A program made the translations under genes and the position numbers. From Antedon mediterranea (lineage: Eukaryota; Animalia; Echinodermata), in NCBI RefSeq assembly GCF_964355755.1, contig NC_092680.1:10478001-10542000 (forward strand): 64,000 nucleotides of DNA. Reading direction: 5' to 3'. The notes under the pieces are model-generated. The model made no database searches. It worked only from the letters and a program-made list of their open reading frames with translations, and was not told the origin of the DNA. Shown here piece after piece: positions 1 to 10,540 of this stretch (the stretch's first letter is position 1; every line of letters starts with the position of its first letter).

Positions 1-1876
1 TCTCTCTCGCTGATCTATCTCTCTCTCTCTCTCTCTCTGATCTATCTCTCTCTCGCTTATCTATCCCTCTCTCGCTGATCTATCTCTCTCTCGCTGATCT
101 ATCCCTCTCTCCTCGATCTATCTCTCTCTCGCTGATCTATCCCTCTCTCGCTGATCTATCTCTTTCTCGCTGATCTATCTGTGTCTTGCTGATCTATCTC
201 TCTCTCGCTGATCTATCTGTGTCTTGCTGATCTATCTCTCTCTTGCTGATCTATCTGTGTCTCGCTGATCTATCTCTCTCTCGCTGATCTAACTCTCTCT
301 CGCTGATCTATCTCTCTCTCTCGCTGATCTATCTGTGTCTCTCTGATCTATCTCTCTCTCGCTGATATCCATCTCTCTGTCGCTTATCTATCTCTCTCTC
401 GCTTATCTATCTCTCTCTCGCTGATCTATCTCTTTCTCGCTGATCTATCTCTCTCTCGCTGATATATCTCTTTCTTGCTGATCTATCTCTCTCTCGTTGA
501 TCTATCTCTCTCGCTGATCTATCTCTATCTCGCTGATCTATCTCTATCTCGCTGATCTATCTCTTTCTCGCTGATCTATCTCTCTCTCACTGATCTATCT
601 CTCTCTCTCGCTGATCTATCTGTGTCTCGCTGATCTATCTCTCTCTCTCGCTGATCTAACTCTCTTTCGCTGATCTATCTCTCTCTCGCTGATCTATCTG
701 TGTCTCGCTGATCTATCTCTCTCTCGCTGATCTATCTGTGTCTCGCTGATCTATCTCCCTCTCGCTGATCTATCTCTCTCTCGCTGATCTATCTCTCTCT
801 CGCTGATCTATCTGTGTCTCGCTGATATATCTCTCTCTCTCTCTCGCTGATCTATCTCTCTCTCGCTGATCTATCTCTCTCGCTGATCTATCTCTCTCTC
901 GCTCATCTATCTCTCTCTCGCTGATCTATCTCTCTGTCGCTGATCTATCTCTCTCTCGCTGATCTATATCTCTCTCGCTGATCTATCTCTCTTTCGCTGA
1001 CCTATCTCTCTGTCGCTGATCTATCTCTCTCTCGCTGATCTATTTCTCTGTCGTTGATCTATCTCTCTTTCGCTGATCTGTCTCTCTGTCGCTGATCTAT
1101 CTCTCTCTCGCTAATCTATCTCTCTGTCGCTGATCTATCTCTCTCTCGCTTATCTATCTCTTTCTCGCTGATCTATCTCTCTCTCGCTGATCTATCTCTC
1201 TCTCGCTGATCTATCTCTCTCTCGCTGATATATCTCTCTCTTGCTGATCTATCTCTCTCTCGCTGATCTATCTCTCTCTCGCTGATCTATCTCTATCTCG
1301 CTGATCTATCTCTCTCTCGCTGATCTATCTCTATCTCGCTGATCTATCTCTCTCTCGCTGATCTATCTCTCTGTCGTTGATCTATCTCTCTCTCGCTGAT
1401 CTGTCTCTCTGTCGCTGATCTATCTCTCTCTCGCTAATCTATCTCTCTCTCGCTGATCTATCTCTCTCTCGCTTATCTATCTCTTTCTCGCTGATCTATC
1501 TCTCTCTCGCTGATCTATCTCTTTCTCGCTGATCTATCTCTCTCTCGCTGATATATCTCTCTCTCGCTGATCTATCTCTCTCTCGCTGATCTATCTCTCT
1601 CTCACTGATCTATCTCTATCTCGCTGATCTATCTCTCTCTCGCTGATCTATCTCTATCTCGCTGATCTATCTCTCTCTCGCTGATCTATCTCTCTCTCTC
1701 TGATCTATCTCTCTCTCGCTGATCTATCTCTCTCTCTCGCTGATCTATCTCTCTCTCGCTGATCTATCTCTCTCTCGCTTATCTATCTCTCTCTCGCTGA
1801 TCTATCTCTCTCTAGCTGATTTATCTCCCTCTCGCTGATCTATCTCTCTCTCGCTGATCTATCTCTCTCTTGCTGA

Positions 1877-1921
<45 letters not shown>

Positions 1922-3109
1922 TATATCTCTCTCTCGCTGATCTATCTTTCTCTCGCTGATATATCTCTCTCTCGCTGATCTATCTCTCTCTCGCTGATCT
2001 ATCTCTCTCTCGCTGATCTATCTCTATCTCGCTGATCTATCTCTCTCTCGCTGATCTATCTCTATCTCGCTGATCTATCTCTCTCTCGCTGATCTATCTC
2101 TCTGTTGCTGATCTATCTCTCTCTCTCGCTGATCTATCTCTCTCTCGCTGATCTATCTCTCTCTCGCTGATCTATCTCTCTCGCTGATCTATCTCTCTCT
2201 CGCTGATCTATCTCTCTCTAGCTGATTTATCTCCCTCTCGCTGATCTGTCTCTCTCTGGCTGTTCTATCTCTCTCTCGCTGATCTATCCCTTTCTCGCTG
2301 ATCTATCTATCTCTCGCTGATCTATCTGTGTCTCGCTGATCTATCTCTCTCTCGCTGATCTATCGCTCTCTCGCTGATTTATCTCTCTCTCGCTGATCTA
2401 TCGCTCTCTCGCTGATCTATCTCTTTCTCGCTGATCTATCTCTCTCTCGCTGATCTGTCTCTCTCTCGCTGATCTATCCCTCTCTCGCTGATCTATCTCT
2501 ATCTCTCTCGCTGATCTATCTGTGTCTCGCTGATCTATCTCTCTCTCGCTGATCTATCTGTGTCTCGCTGATCTATCTCCCTCTCGCTGATCTATCTCTC
2601 TCCCGCTGATCTATCTCTCTCTCGCTGATCTATCTGTGTCTCGCTGATATATCTCTCTATCTCTCGCTGATCTATCTCTCTCGCTGATCTATCTCTATCT
2701 CGCTGATCTATCTCTCTGTCGCTGATCTATCTCTCTCTCTCGCTGATCTATATCTCTCTCGCTGATCTATCTCTCTCTCTCGCTGATCTATCTCTCTCTC
2801 TCACTGATCTATCTATCTCTCTGTCACTGATCTATCTCTCTCTCGCTGATCTATCTCTCTCTCGCTGATCTATCTCTCTCTCGCTGATCTGTCTCTCTGT
2901 CGCTGATCTATCTCTCTCTCGCTAATCTATCTCTCTGTCGCTGATCTATCTCTCTCTCGCTTATCTATCTCTCTCTCGCTGATCTATCTCTCTCTCGCTG
3001 ATATATCTCTCTCTCTCGCTGATCTATCTCTCTCTCGCTGATATATCTCTCTCTCTCTCTCTCGCTGATCTATCTCTCTCTCGCTGATCTATCTCTATCT
3101 CGCTGATCT

Positions 3110-4010
3110 ATCTGTCTCTCGCTGATCTATCTTTCTCTCGCTGATCTATCTGTCTCTCGCTGATCTATCTGTCTCTCGCTGATCTATCTGTCTCTCGCTG
3201 ATCTATCTGTCTCACGCTGATTTATCTGTCTCTCGCTGATCTATCTGTCTGTCACTGATCTATCTGTCTCTCGCTGATCTATCTATCTCTCGTTAATCTA
3301 TCTGTCTCTCGCTAATCTATCTGTCTCTCGCTGATCTATCTGTCTCTCGCTGATCTATCTGTCTGTCGCTCATCTATCTGTCTCTCGCTGATCTATCTGT
3401 CTCTCGCTGATCTATCTGTCTGTCGCTGATCTATCTCTCTCTCTCGCTGATCTATCTGTCTCTCGCTGATCTATCTGTCTGTCGCTGATCTATCTGTCTG
3501 TCGCTGATATATCTCTCTCTCGCTGATCTATCTGTCTGTCGCTGATCTATCTGTCTCTCGCTGATCTATCTGTCTGTCGCTGATCTATCTGTCTCTCGCT
3601 GATCTATCTGTCTGTCGCTGATCTATCTGTCTCACGCTGATCTATCTGTCTGTCGCTGATCTATCTGTCTCTCGCTGATCTCTCTCTCTCTCTCGCTGAT
3701 CTATCTGTCTGTCGCTGATCTATCTGTCTGTCGCTGATCTATCTGTCTGTCGCTGATCTATCTAACTGTCGCTGATCTATCTGTCTCTCGCTGATCTATC
3801 TGTCTGTCGCTGATCTATCTGTCTGCCGCTGATCTATCTGTCTGTCGCTGATCTATCTGTCTGTCGCTGATCTATCTGTCTGTCGCAGATCAATCTGTCT
3901 GTCGCTGATCTATCTCTCTCTCGCTGATCTATCTGGCTGTCGCTGATCTATCTGTCTGTCGCTGATCCATCTCTCTCTCGCTGATCTACCTGTCTGTCGC
4001 TGATCTATCT
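3110..4010 (+). repeat. Variant sub-array with monomers GCTGATCTATCTGTCTCTC / GCTGATCTATCTGTCTGTC
   Basis: Most monomers here carry one or two G substitutions in the CT tract (ctgtctctc, ctgtctgtc). This pattern dominates nowhere else in the window. Confidence 0.9.
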
Positions 4011-4206
4011 CTCTGTCGCTGATCTATCTCTCTGTCGCTGATCTATCTCTCTGTCGCTGATCTATCTCTCTCTGTCGCTGATCTATCTCTCTCTGTCGCT
4101 GATCTATCTCTCTCTCTCGCTGATCTACCTCTCTCTCTCTCTCGCTGATCTATCTCTCTCTCTCGCTGATATATATCTCTCTCTCTCGCTGATCTATCTC
4201 TCTCTC

Positions 4207-5796
4207 GCTGATCTATCCCTCTCTTGCTGATCTATCTCTCTCTCTCTCGCTGATCTATCTCTCTCTCTCTCGCTGATCTATCTCTCTCTCGCTGATCTAT
4301 CTCTCTCTCGCTGATCTAACTCTCTCTCAATGATCTATCTCTCTCTCGCTGATCTATCTCTCTCTCGCTGATCTATCTCTCCCCCGCTGATCTATCTCTC
4401 TCTCGCTGATCTATCTCTCTCTCGCTGATCTATCTCTCTCTCGCTGATCCATCTCTATCTCGCTGATATATCTCTCTCTCTCTCTGATCTATCTCTCTCT
4501 CGCTGATCTATCTTTCTCTCGCTGATCTATCTCTCTCTCGCTGATCTATCTCTGTCTCGCTGATCTATCTCTCTCTCTCGCTGATCTATCTGTGTCTCGC
4601 TGATCTATCTCTCTCTCGCTGATCTATCTGTGTCTCGCTGATCTATCTCTCTCTCGCTGATCTATCTGTGTCTCGCTGATCTATCTCTCTCTCGCTGATC
4701 TATCTCTATCTGGCTGATCTATCTCTCTGTCACTGATCTATCTCTCTTTCGCTGATCTATCTCTCTCTCGCTGATCTATCTCTCTCACTGATCTATCTCT
4801 CTCGCTGATCTATCTCTCTCTCGCTGATCTATCTCTCTCTCGCTGATCTATCTCTCTCTCGCTGATCTATCTCTCTCTCGCTGATCTATCTCTCTCTCTC
4901 TGATCTATCCCTCTCTCGCTGATCTATCTCTCTCTCTCGCTGATCTATCTATCTCTCGCTGATCTATCCCTCTCTCGCTGATCTATCTCTCTCTCTCTCT
5001 CTCTCGCTGATCTATCCCTCTCTTGCTGATCTATCTCTCTCTCGCTGATCTCTCTCTCTCTCGCTGATCTATCTCTCTCTCGCTGATCTATCTCTCTCTC
5101 GCTGATCTAACTCTCTCTCAATGATCTATCTCTCTCTCGCTGATCTATCTCTCTCTCGCTGATCTATCTCTCCCCCGCTGATCTATCTCTCTCTCGCTGA
5201 TCTATCTCTCTCTCGCTGATCTATCTCTCTCTCGCTGATCCATCTCTATCTCGCTGATATATCTCTCTCTCTCTCTGATCTATCTCTCTCTCGCTGATCT
5301 ATCTTTCTCTCGCTGATCTATCTCTCTCTCGCTGATCTATCTCTGTCTCGCTGATCTATCTCTCTCTCTCGCTGATCTATCTGTGTCTCGCTGATCTATC
5401 TCTCTCTCGCTGATCTATCTGTGTCTCGCTGATCTATCTCTCTCTCGCTGATCTATCTGTGTCTCGCTGATCTATCTCTCTCTCGCTGATCTATCTCTAT
5501 CTGGCTGATCTATCTCTCTGTCACTGATCTATCTCTCTTTCGCTGATCTATCTCTCTCTCGCTGATCTATCTCTCTCACTGATCTATCTCTCTCGCTGAT
5601 CTATCTCTCTCTCGCTGATCTATCTCTCTCTCGCTGATCTATCTCTCTCTCGCTGATCTATCTCTCTCTCGCTGATCTATCTCTCTCTCTCTGATCTATC
5701 CCTCTCTCGCTGATCTATCTCTCTCTCTCGCTGATCTATCTATCTCTCGCTGATCTATCCCTCTCTCGCTGATCTATCTCTCTCTCTCTCTCTCTC
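4207..5796 (+). repeat. Tandem duplication of a ~790-bp satellite block (2 copies)
   Basis: Rare variants recur in the same order at a constant offset: CCCCCG at 4381 and 5172 (791 bp), CTAACTCTCTCTCAATG at ~4316 and ~5107. Confidence 0.85.
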
Positions 5797-6800
5797 GCTG
5801 ATCTATCTCTCTCTCTCTCGCTGATCTATCTCTCTCTCGCTGATCTATCTCTCTCTCGCTGATCTATCTCTCTCTCTCGCTGATCTATCTCTCTCTCGCT
5901 GATCTATCTCTCCCCCGCTGATCTATCTCTCCCCTGCTGTACTATCTCTCTCTCGCTGATCTATCTCTCTCTCGCTGATCTATCTCTCTCTCGCTGATCT
6001 ATCTCTCTCTCGCTGATCTATCTCTCTCTCGCTGATCTTTCTCTCTCTCGCTGATCTATCTCTCTCTCGCTGATCTATCTCTCTCTCGCTGATCTATCTC
6101 TGTCTCGCTGATCTATCTCTCTCTCGCTGATCTATCTGTTTCTCGCTGATCTATCCCTCTCTCGCTGATCTATCGGTGTCTCGCTGATCTATCTCTCTCT
6201 CGCTGATCTATCTGTGTCTCGCTGATCTATCTCTCTCTCGCTGATCTATCTCTCTCTCGCTGATCTATCTCTCTGTCGCTGATCTATCTCTCTATCGCTG
6301 ATCTATTCCTCTCTCGCTGATCTATCCCTCTCTCGCTGATCCAACTATCTCTCTCGCTGATCTATCTATCTCTCTCTCGCTGATCTATCTCTCTCTCGCT
6401 GATCTATCTATCTCTCTCGCTGATCTATCTATCTCTCTCTCGCTGATCTATCTCTCTCACGCTGATCGATCTCTCTCTCGCTGATCTATCTATCTCTCTC
6501 TCTCGCTGATCTATCTCTCTCTCGCTGATCTATCTATCTCTCTCTCGCTGATCTATCTCTCTCTCTCGCTGATCTATCTCTCTCTCTCTCGCTGATCTAT
6601 CTCTCTCACGCTGATCTATCTCTCACTCGCTGATCTATCTTTCTCGCTGATCTATCTCTCTCTGATCTATCTCTCTCTCGCTGATCTATCTCTCTCTCGC
6701 TGATCTATCTCTCTCTCTCGCTGATCTATCTCTCTTTCGCTGATCTATCTCTCTCTCGCTGATCTATCTCTCTCTCGCTGATCTATCTCTCTCTCGCTGA

Positions 6801-6839
<39 letters not shown>

Positions 6840-8139
6840 TCTATCTCTCTCTCTCTCTCTCTCTCTCGCTGATCTATGTCTCTCTCGCTGATCTATCTCT
6901 CTCTCTCGCTGATCTATCTCTCTCTCGCTGATCTATCTCTCTCACGCTGATCTATCTATCTCTCTCTCGCTGATCTATCTTTCTCTCGCTGATCTATCTC
7001 TCTCTCTCGCTGATCTATCTATCTATCTCTCTCTCTCTCTCTCTCGCTGATCTATCTCTCTCTCGCTGATCTATCCCTCTCTCGCTGATCTATCTCTCTC
7101 TCTCGCTGATCTATATATCTCTCGCTGATCTATCCCTCTCTCGCTGATCTATCTCTCTCTCTCTCTCTCGCTGATCTATCTCTCTCTCGCTGATCTATCT
7201 CTCTCTCGCTGATCTATCTCTCTCTCTCGCTGATCTATCTCTCTCTCGCTGATCTATCTCTCTCTCTCGCTGATCTATCTCTCCCCCGCTGATCTATCTC
7301 TCCCCTGCTGATCTATCTCTCTCTCGCTGATCTATCTCTCTCTCGCTGATCTATCTCTCTCTCGCTGATCTATCTCTCTCTCGCTGATCTTTCTCTCCCT
7401 CGCTGATCTATCTCTCTCTCGCTGATCTATCTCTCTCTCTCGCTGATCTATCTCTGTCTCGCTGATCTATCTCTCTCTCTCTCGCTGATCTATCTGTTTC
7501 TCGCTGATCTATCTCTCTCTCGCTGATCTATCGGTGTCTCGCTGATCTATCTCTCTCTCGCTGATCTATCTGTGTCTCGCTGATCTATCTCTCTCTCACT
7601 GATCTATCTCTGTCTCGCTGATCTATCTCTCTGTCGCTGATCTATCTCTCTCTCGCTGATCTATCCCTCTCTCGCTGATCTATCCCTCTCTCGCTGATCC
7701 AACTATCTCTCTCGCTGATCTATCTATCTCTCTCTCGCTGATCTATCTCTCTCTCGCTGATCTATCTATCTCTCTCGCTGATCTATCTATCTCTCTCTCG
7801 CTGATCTATCTCTCTCACGCTGATCGATCTCTCTCTCGCTGATCTATCTATCTCTCTCTCTCGCTGATCTATCTCTCTCTCGCTGATCTATCTATCTCTC
7901 TCTCGCTGATCTATCTCTCTCTCTCGCTGATCTATCTCTCTCTCTCTCTTGCTGATCTATCTCTCTCTCGCTGATCTATCTCTCACTCGCTGATCTATCT
8001 TTCTCGCTGATCTATCTCTCTCTGATCTATCTCTCTCTCGCTGATCTATCTCTTTCTCGCTGATCTATCTCTCTCTCTCGCTGATCTATCTCTCTTTCGC
8101 TGATCTATCTCTCTCTCGCTGATCTATCTCTCTCTCGCT

Positions 8140-8180
<41 letters not shown>

Positions 8181-8337
8181 TCTATGTCTCTCTCGCTGAT
8201 CTATCTCTCTCTCTCGCTGATCTATCTCTCTCTCGCTGATCTATCTCTCTCACGCTGATCTATCTATCTCTCTCTCGCTGATCTATTTTTCTCTCGCTGA
8301 TCTATCTCTCTCTCTCGCTGATCTATCTATCTATCTA

Positions 8338-8375
<38 letters not shown>

Positions 8376-8400
8376 GCTGATCTATCTCTCTCTCTCTCGC
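5690..8400 (+). repeat. Tandem duplication of a ~1.36-kb satellite block (2 copies)
   Basis: TCGGTG at 6173 and 7531, CCAACT at 6341 and 7699; both offsets are 1358 bp. Confidence 0.85.
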
Positions 8401-8524
8401 TGATCTATCTCTCTCTCGCTGATCTCTTTCTCTCTCGCTGATCTATCTCTCTCTCTCTTTCTTTTAAGTAAATTTTCTTTTGGATGATCCAAAGTCGAAT
8501 AAAATTCGTAAACTTACGTTTTTT

Positions 8525-8566
8525 ACTCTAGCCTTCGCTGGTCAACGACGCAGCTTAATCATGAGT
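8525..8566 (-). ncRNA. Minimal type I hammerhead ribozyme in the Penelope pLTR (variant core)
   Basis: Minus strand reads ACUC-AUGAUUA-A-GCUG-CGUCGUUGAC-CAGC-GAA-GGCU-A-GAGU: stem I ACUC/GAGU, stem II GCUG/CAGC, GAA box, UH cleavage site. Its position at the 3' end of a Penelope element is where minimal hammerheads are known to occur. Confidence 0.75.
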
Positions 8567-9207
8567 GAGTCTCGGTGACTTGGACTTGTTACCATTAGAT
8601 CTCGTATATGGTATAGCGCCATCTATAGATCGTTCAGGTTTTCCCAAATGGGATTGTCGGGGCCTCCTCTTTAGTAAGTTGTTGTACAATGTTGGGAGTT
8701 CCAAACCGCCGTCTTCTCTGTTCATAGTGTTACCATGTTTTTTTATTTTTATTGATTCTTTTATTTTCCTGTCTTTCCATGACGATTCTGTGCCTAGTAT
8801 TTTTACGTTCGAATTTGGTAAATGAGTGTGAGTGGTCATGTGATCGGTGATGGCTGAGTTGTGAACAATTTCTGAAGCTGAATTTCTGGCTGAACGTGTT
8901 AGGATCCCTGTACAATGTGAAGTGACATCTGCTTTGTGTTCTTTTATCCTTGTGGATAAGGTTCTGGCTGTTTCTCCTATATATGTTTTTTCGCAGTTGT
9001 TGCAATTTACTTGGTGTATTACATCAGATTTGTCATCATTTTTTATTTTGTCTTTTGGGTGAACTAAAAGACTTCTTAATTTGTTTTGTGGAGTAAAATA
9101 AGTGTTGACATTGTAACTAGATAAGCAGCGTCTAATTCTTTCTGATATTCTTGGTATGTAAGGTATCCCTATGTTACCTTTGTTTTGTTGGTTGTATCTT
9201 TTGTTTT
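8555..9207 (-). pseudogene. Penelope ORF C-terminal part: linker and GIY-YIG endonuclease
   Basis: Manual translation upstream of ORF 8555..8839 stays in frame: NIGIPYIPRISERIRR...DVIHQVNCNNCEKTYIGETARTLSTRIKEH...SAITDH...KIKESIKI...MNREDGG. This gives the YIG motif, CxxC plus His residues and the conserved R, E and N. Confidence 0.9.
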
Positions 9208-9462
9208 ACCATTGGTAGCGAGACACGAAGCTGCTTGTCGAAACTGCTCGCCCAAAAAAAAATCGGTATAAAAGCTGAAAAGAGGAATATAATGATGAGA
9301 TAAATAATAATACTGATCGAAGGTCTCCGAGTAGAATCTACCTGAATACCTGAATAACCTATTTTAAAACTACAAAACTGTTATTTTAGCACGAAAACTG
9401 TTGCATTTTTTTTTTTTCAACACCACCTGTAACCAAAACAAAACAGCTAGGCTGATCACGGG

Positions 9463-10302
9463 ATGTCTAGTAAAAAGGACATTCCAGTCAACGAGTTGAG
9501 CTCAGCCGGTAACACAAGGCATTCAAAGCAGGTACGTTCGACGCTAACAGACGTACTACACAGCCCAGATCTAGTAAAGCTAATAGATGATAGCATTAGT
9601 AAGGCCTTTACGGGCCCTTTGTTGGCTGATTTAATTAAATCATCTATAACGTCAGCATGCGAAAGCAAGATTTTTATGGATCAGTTGAAGAAATCTGTGA
9701 ACAAAGCTGTAGAGAAAATAGAACCAGGTTTGATTATTTGGAAGGGAAAATGTTTGATATTGAAAGCAAACAAGATGAAATTGCAAACCAATACTGCTTT
9801 GGAAATCTCGTACATTGATGAATTAGAGCACAAAATAAAAAAACAGGCCGTACAACTGGACGATCTTGAACAATATTCTCGTAGAAACTGTCTACGCTTT
9901 TTCGGAATCCCGGAGACAAGTAAAGACAATACTGATGAAATTGTGGTAAACCTAGCAAATAGTAAACTTGGAATTGATATTAATCTGCATGATATTGATA
10001 GGTCTCATCGGACAAGAGCAAGAAATGGCAAATCGAATCGTCCACGACCAATTATCGTGAAATTCACTTCTTATCGGAACAGAAAAAGAATCATCACAGC
10101 ACGTAGAAAGCTGAAAGGAAGTGGTATTTCAATCCAAGAGGACCTGACATGGAACAGAAGGAATCTACTTGCTGAAGCCAAGAAGCACCCAAGCACAAAG
10201 AGCGTATGGTCAATCGATGGAAAGGTGATGGCGACAGTAGTCAGAAATGACAGGGAAGTAAAATTAACCATTCTTACATTGGCTGAACTAAACAATCTAT
10301 AA
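9463..10302 (+). CDS. LINE ORF1p (coiled coil + RRM/CTD, L1 ORF1/Transposase_22-like), 279 aa
   Basis: Motifs LDDLEQYSRRNCLRFFGIPE, DIDRSHR, PRPIIVKF, GISIQEDLT and WSIDGK are typical of CR1/L2-group ORF1; the ORF lies upstream of ORF2. Confidence 0.88.
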   Translation: MSSKKDIPVNELSSAGNTRHSKQVRSTLTDVLHSPDLVKLIDDSISKAFTGPLLADLIKSSITSACESKIFMDQLKKSVNKAVEKIEPGLIIWKGKCLILKANKMKLQTNTALEISYIDELEHKIKKQAVQLDDLEQYSRRNCLRFFGIPETSKDNTDEIVVNLANSKLGIDINLHDIDRSHRTRARNGKSNRPRPIIVKFTSYRNRKRIITARRKLKGSGISIQEDLTWNRRNLLAEAKKHPSTKSVWSIDGKVMATVVRNDREVKLTILTLAELNNL

Positions 10303-10540
10303 TTATGTTATTTAATCCAAAGAGAGAGAGATATACGATGGTTATGCACGGAATTTTACAATACCACTTAACTGTTTGTAATTTAATTTTTTAAAGAAAT
10401 GTATTATCACTAGGTAAATTCACTAAGCACGATTTTGAAATTGAAACTAATGTGACCTCGATTATTATACCGTTAGCATCACTTTTCGATAATTTTTTGT
10501 TTCTTTTTATTTTTTTATTTTCTTCTTCTTAATAAAACAA

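Larger units (their letters stand above)
1..8457 (+). repeat. Tandem satellite, 19-bp consensus CGCTGATCTATCTCTCTCT (length variants mostly in 2-bp steps from (CT)n slippage), array segment 1
   Basis: Direct reading: GCTGATCTATC recurs about every 19 nt. The array ends at the junction with non-repetitive DNA at ~8458. Confidence 0.98.

Noticed and set aside
1-8457. Telomeric repeat
   Set aside because: No G-run telomere-type unit; monomer heterogeneity and kilobase HORs indicate recombination-maintained satellite.
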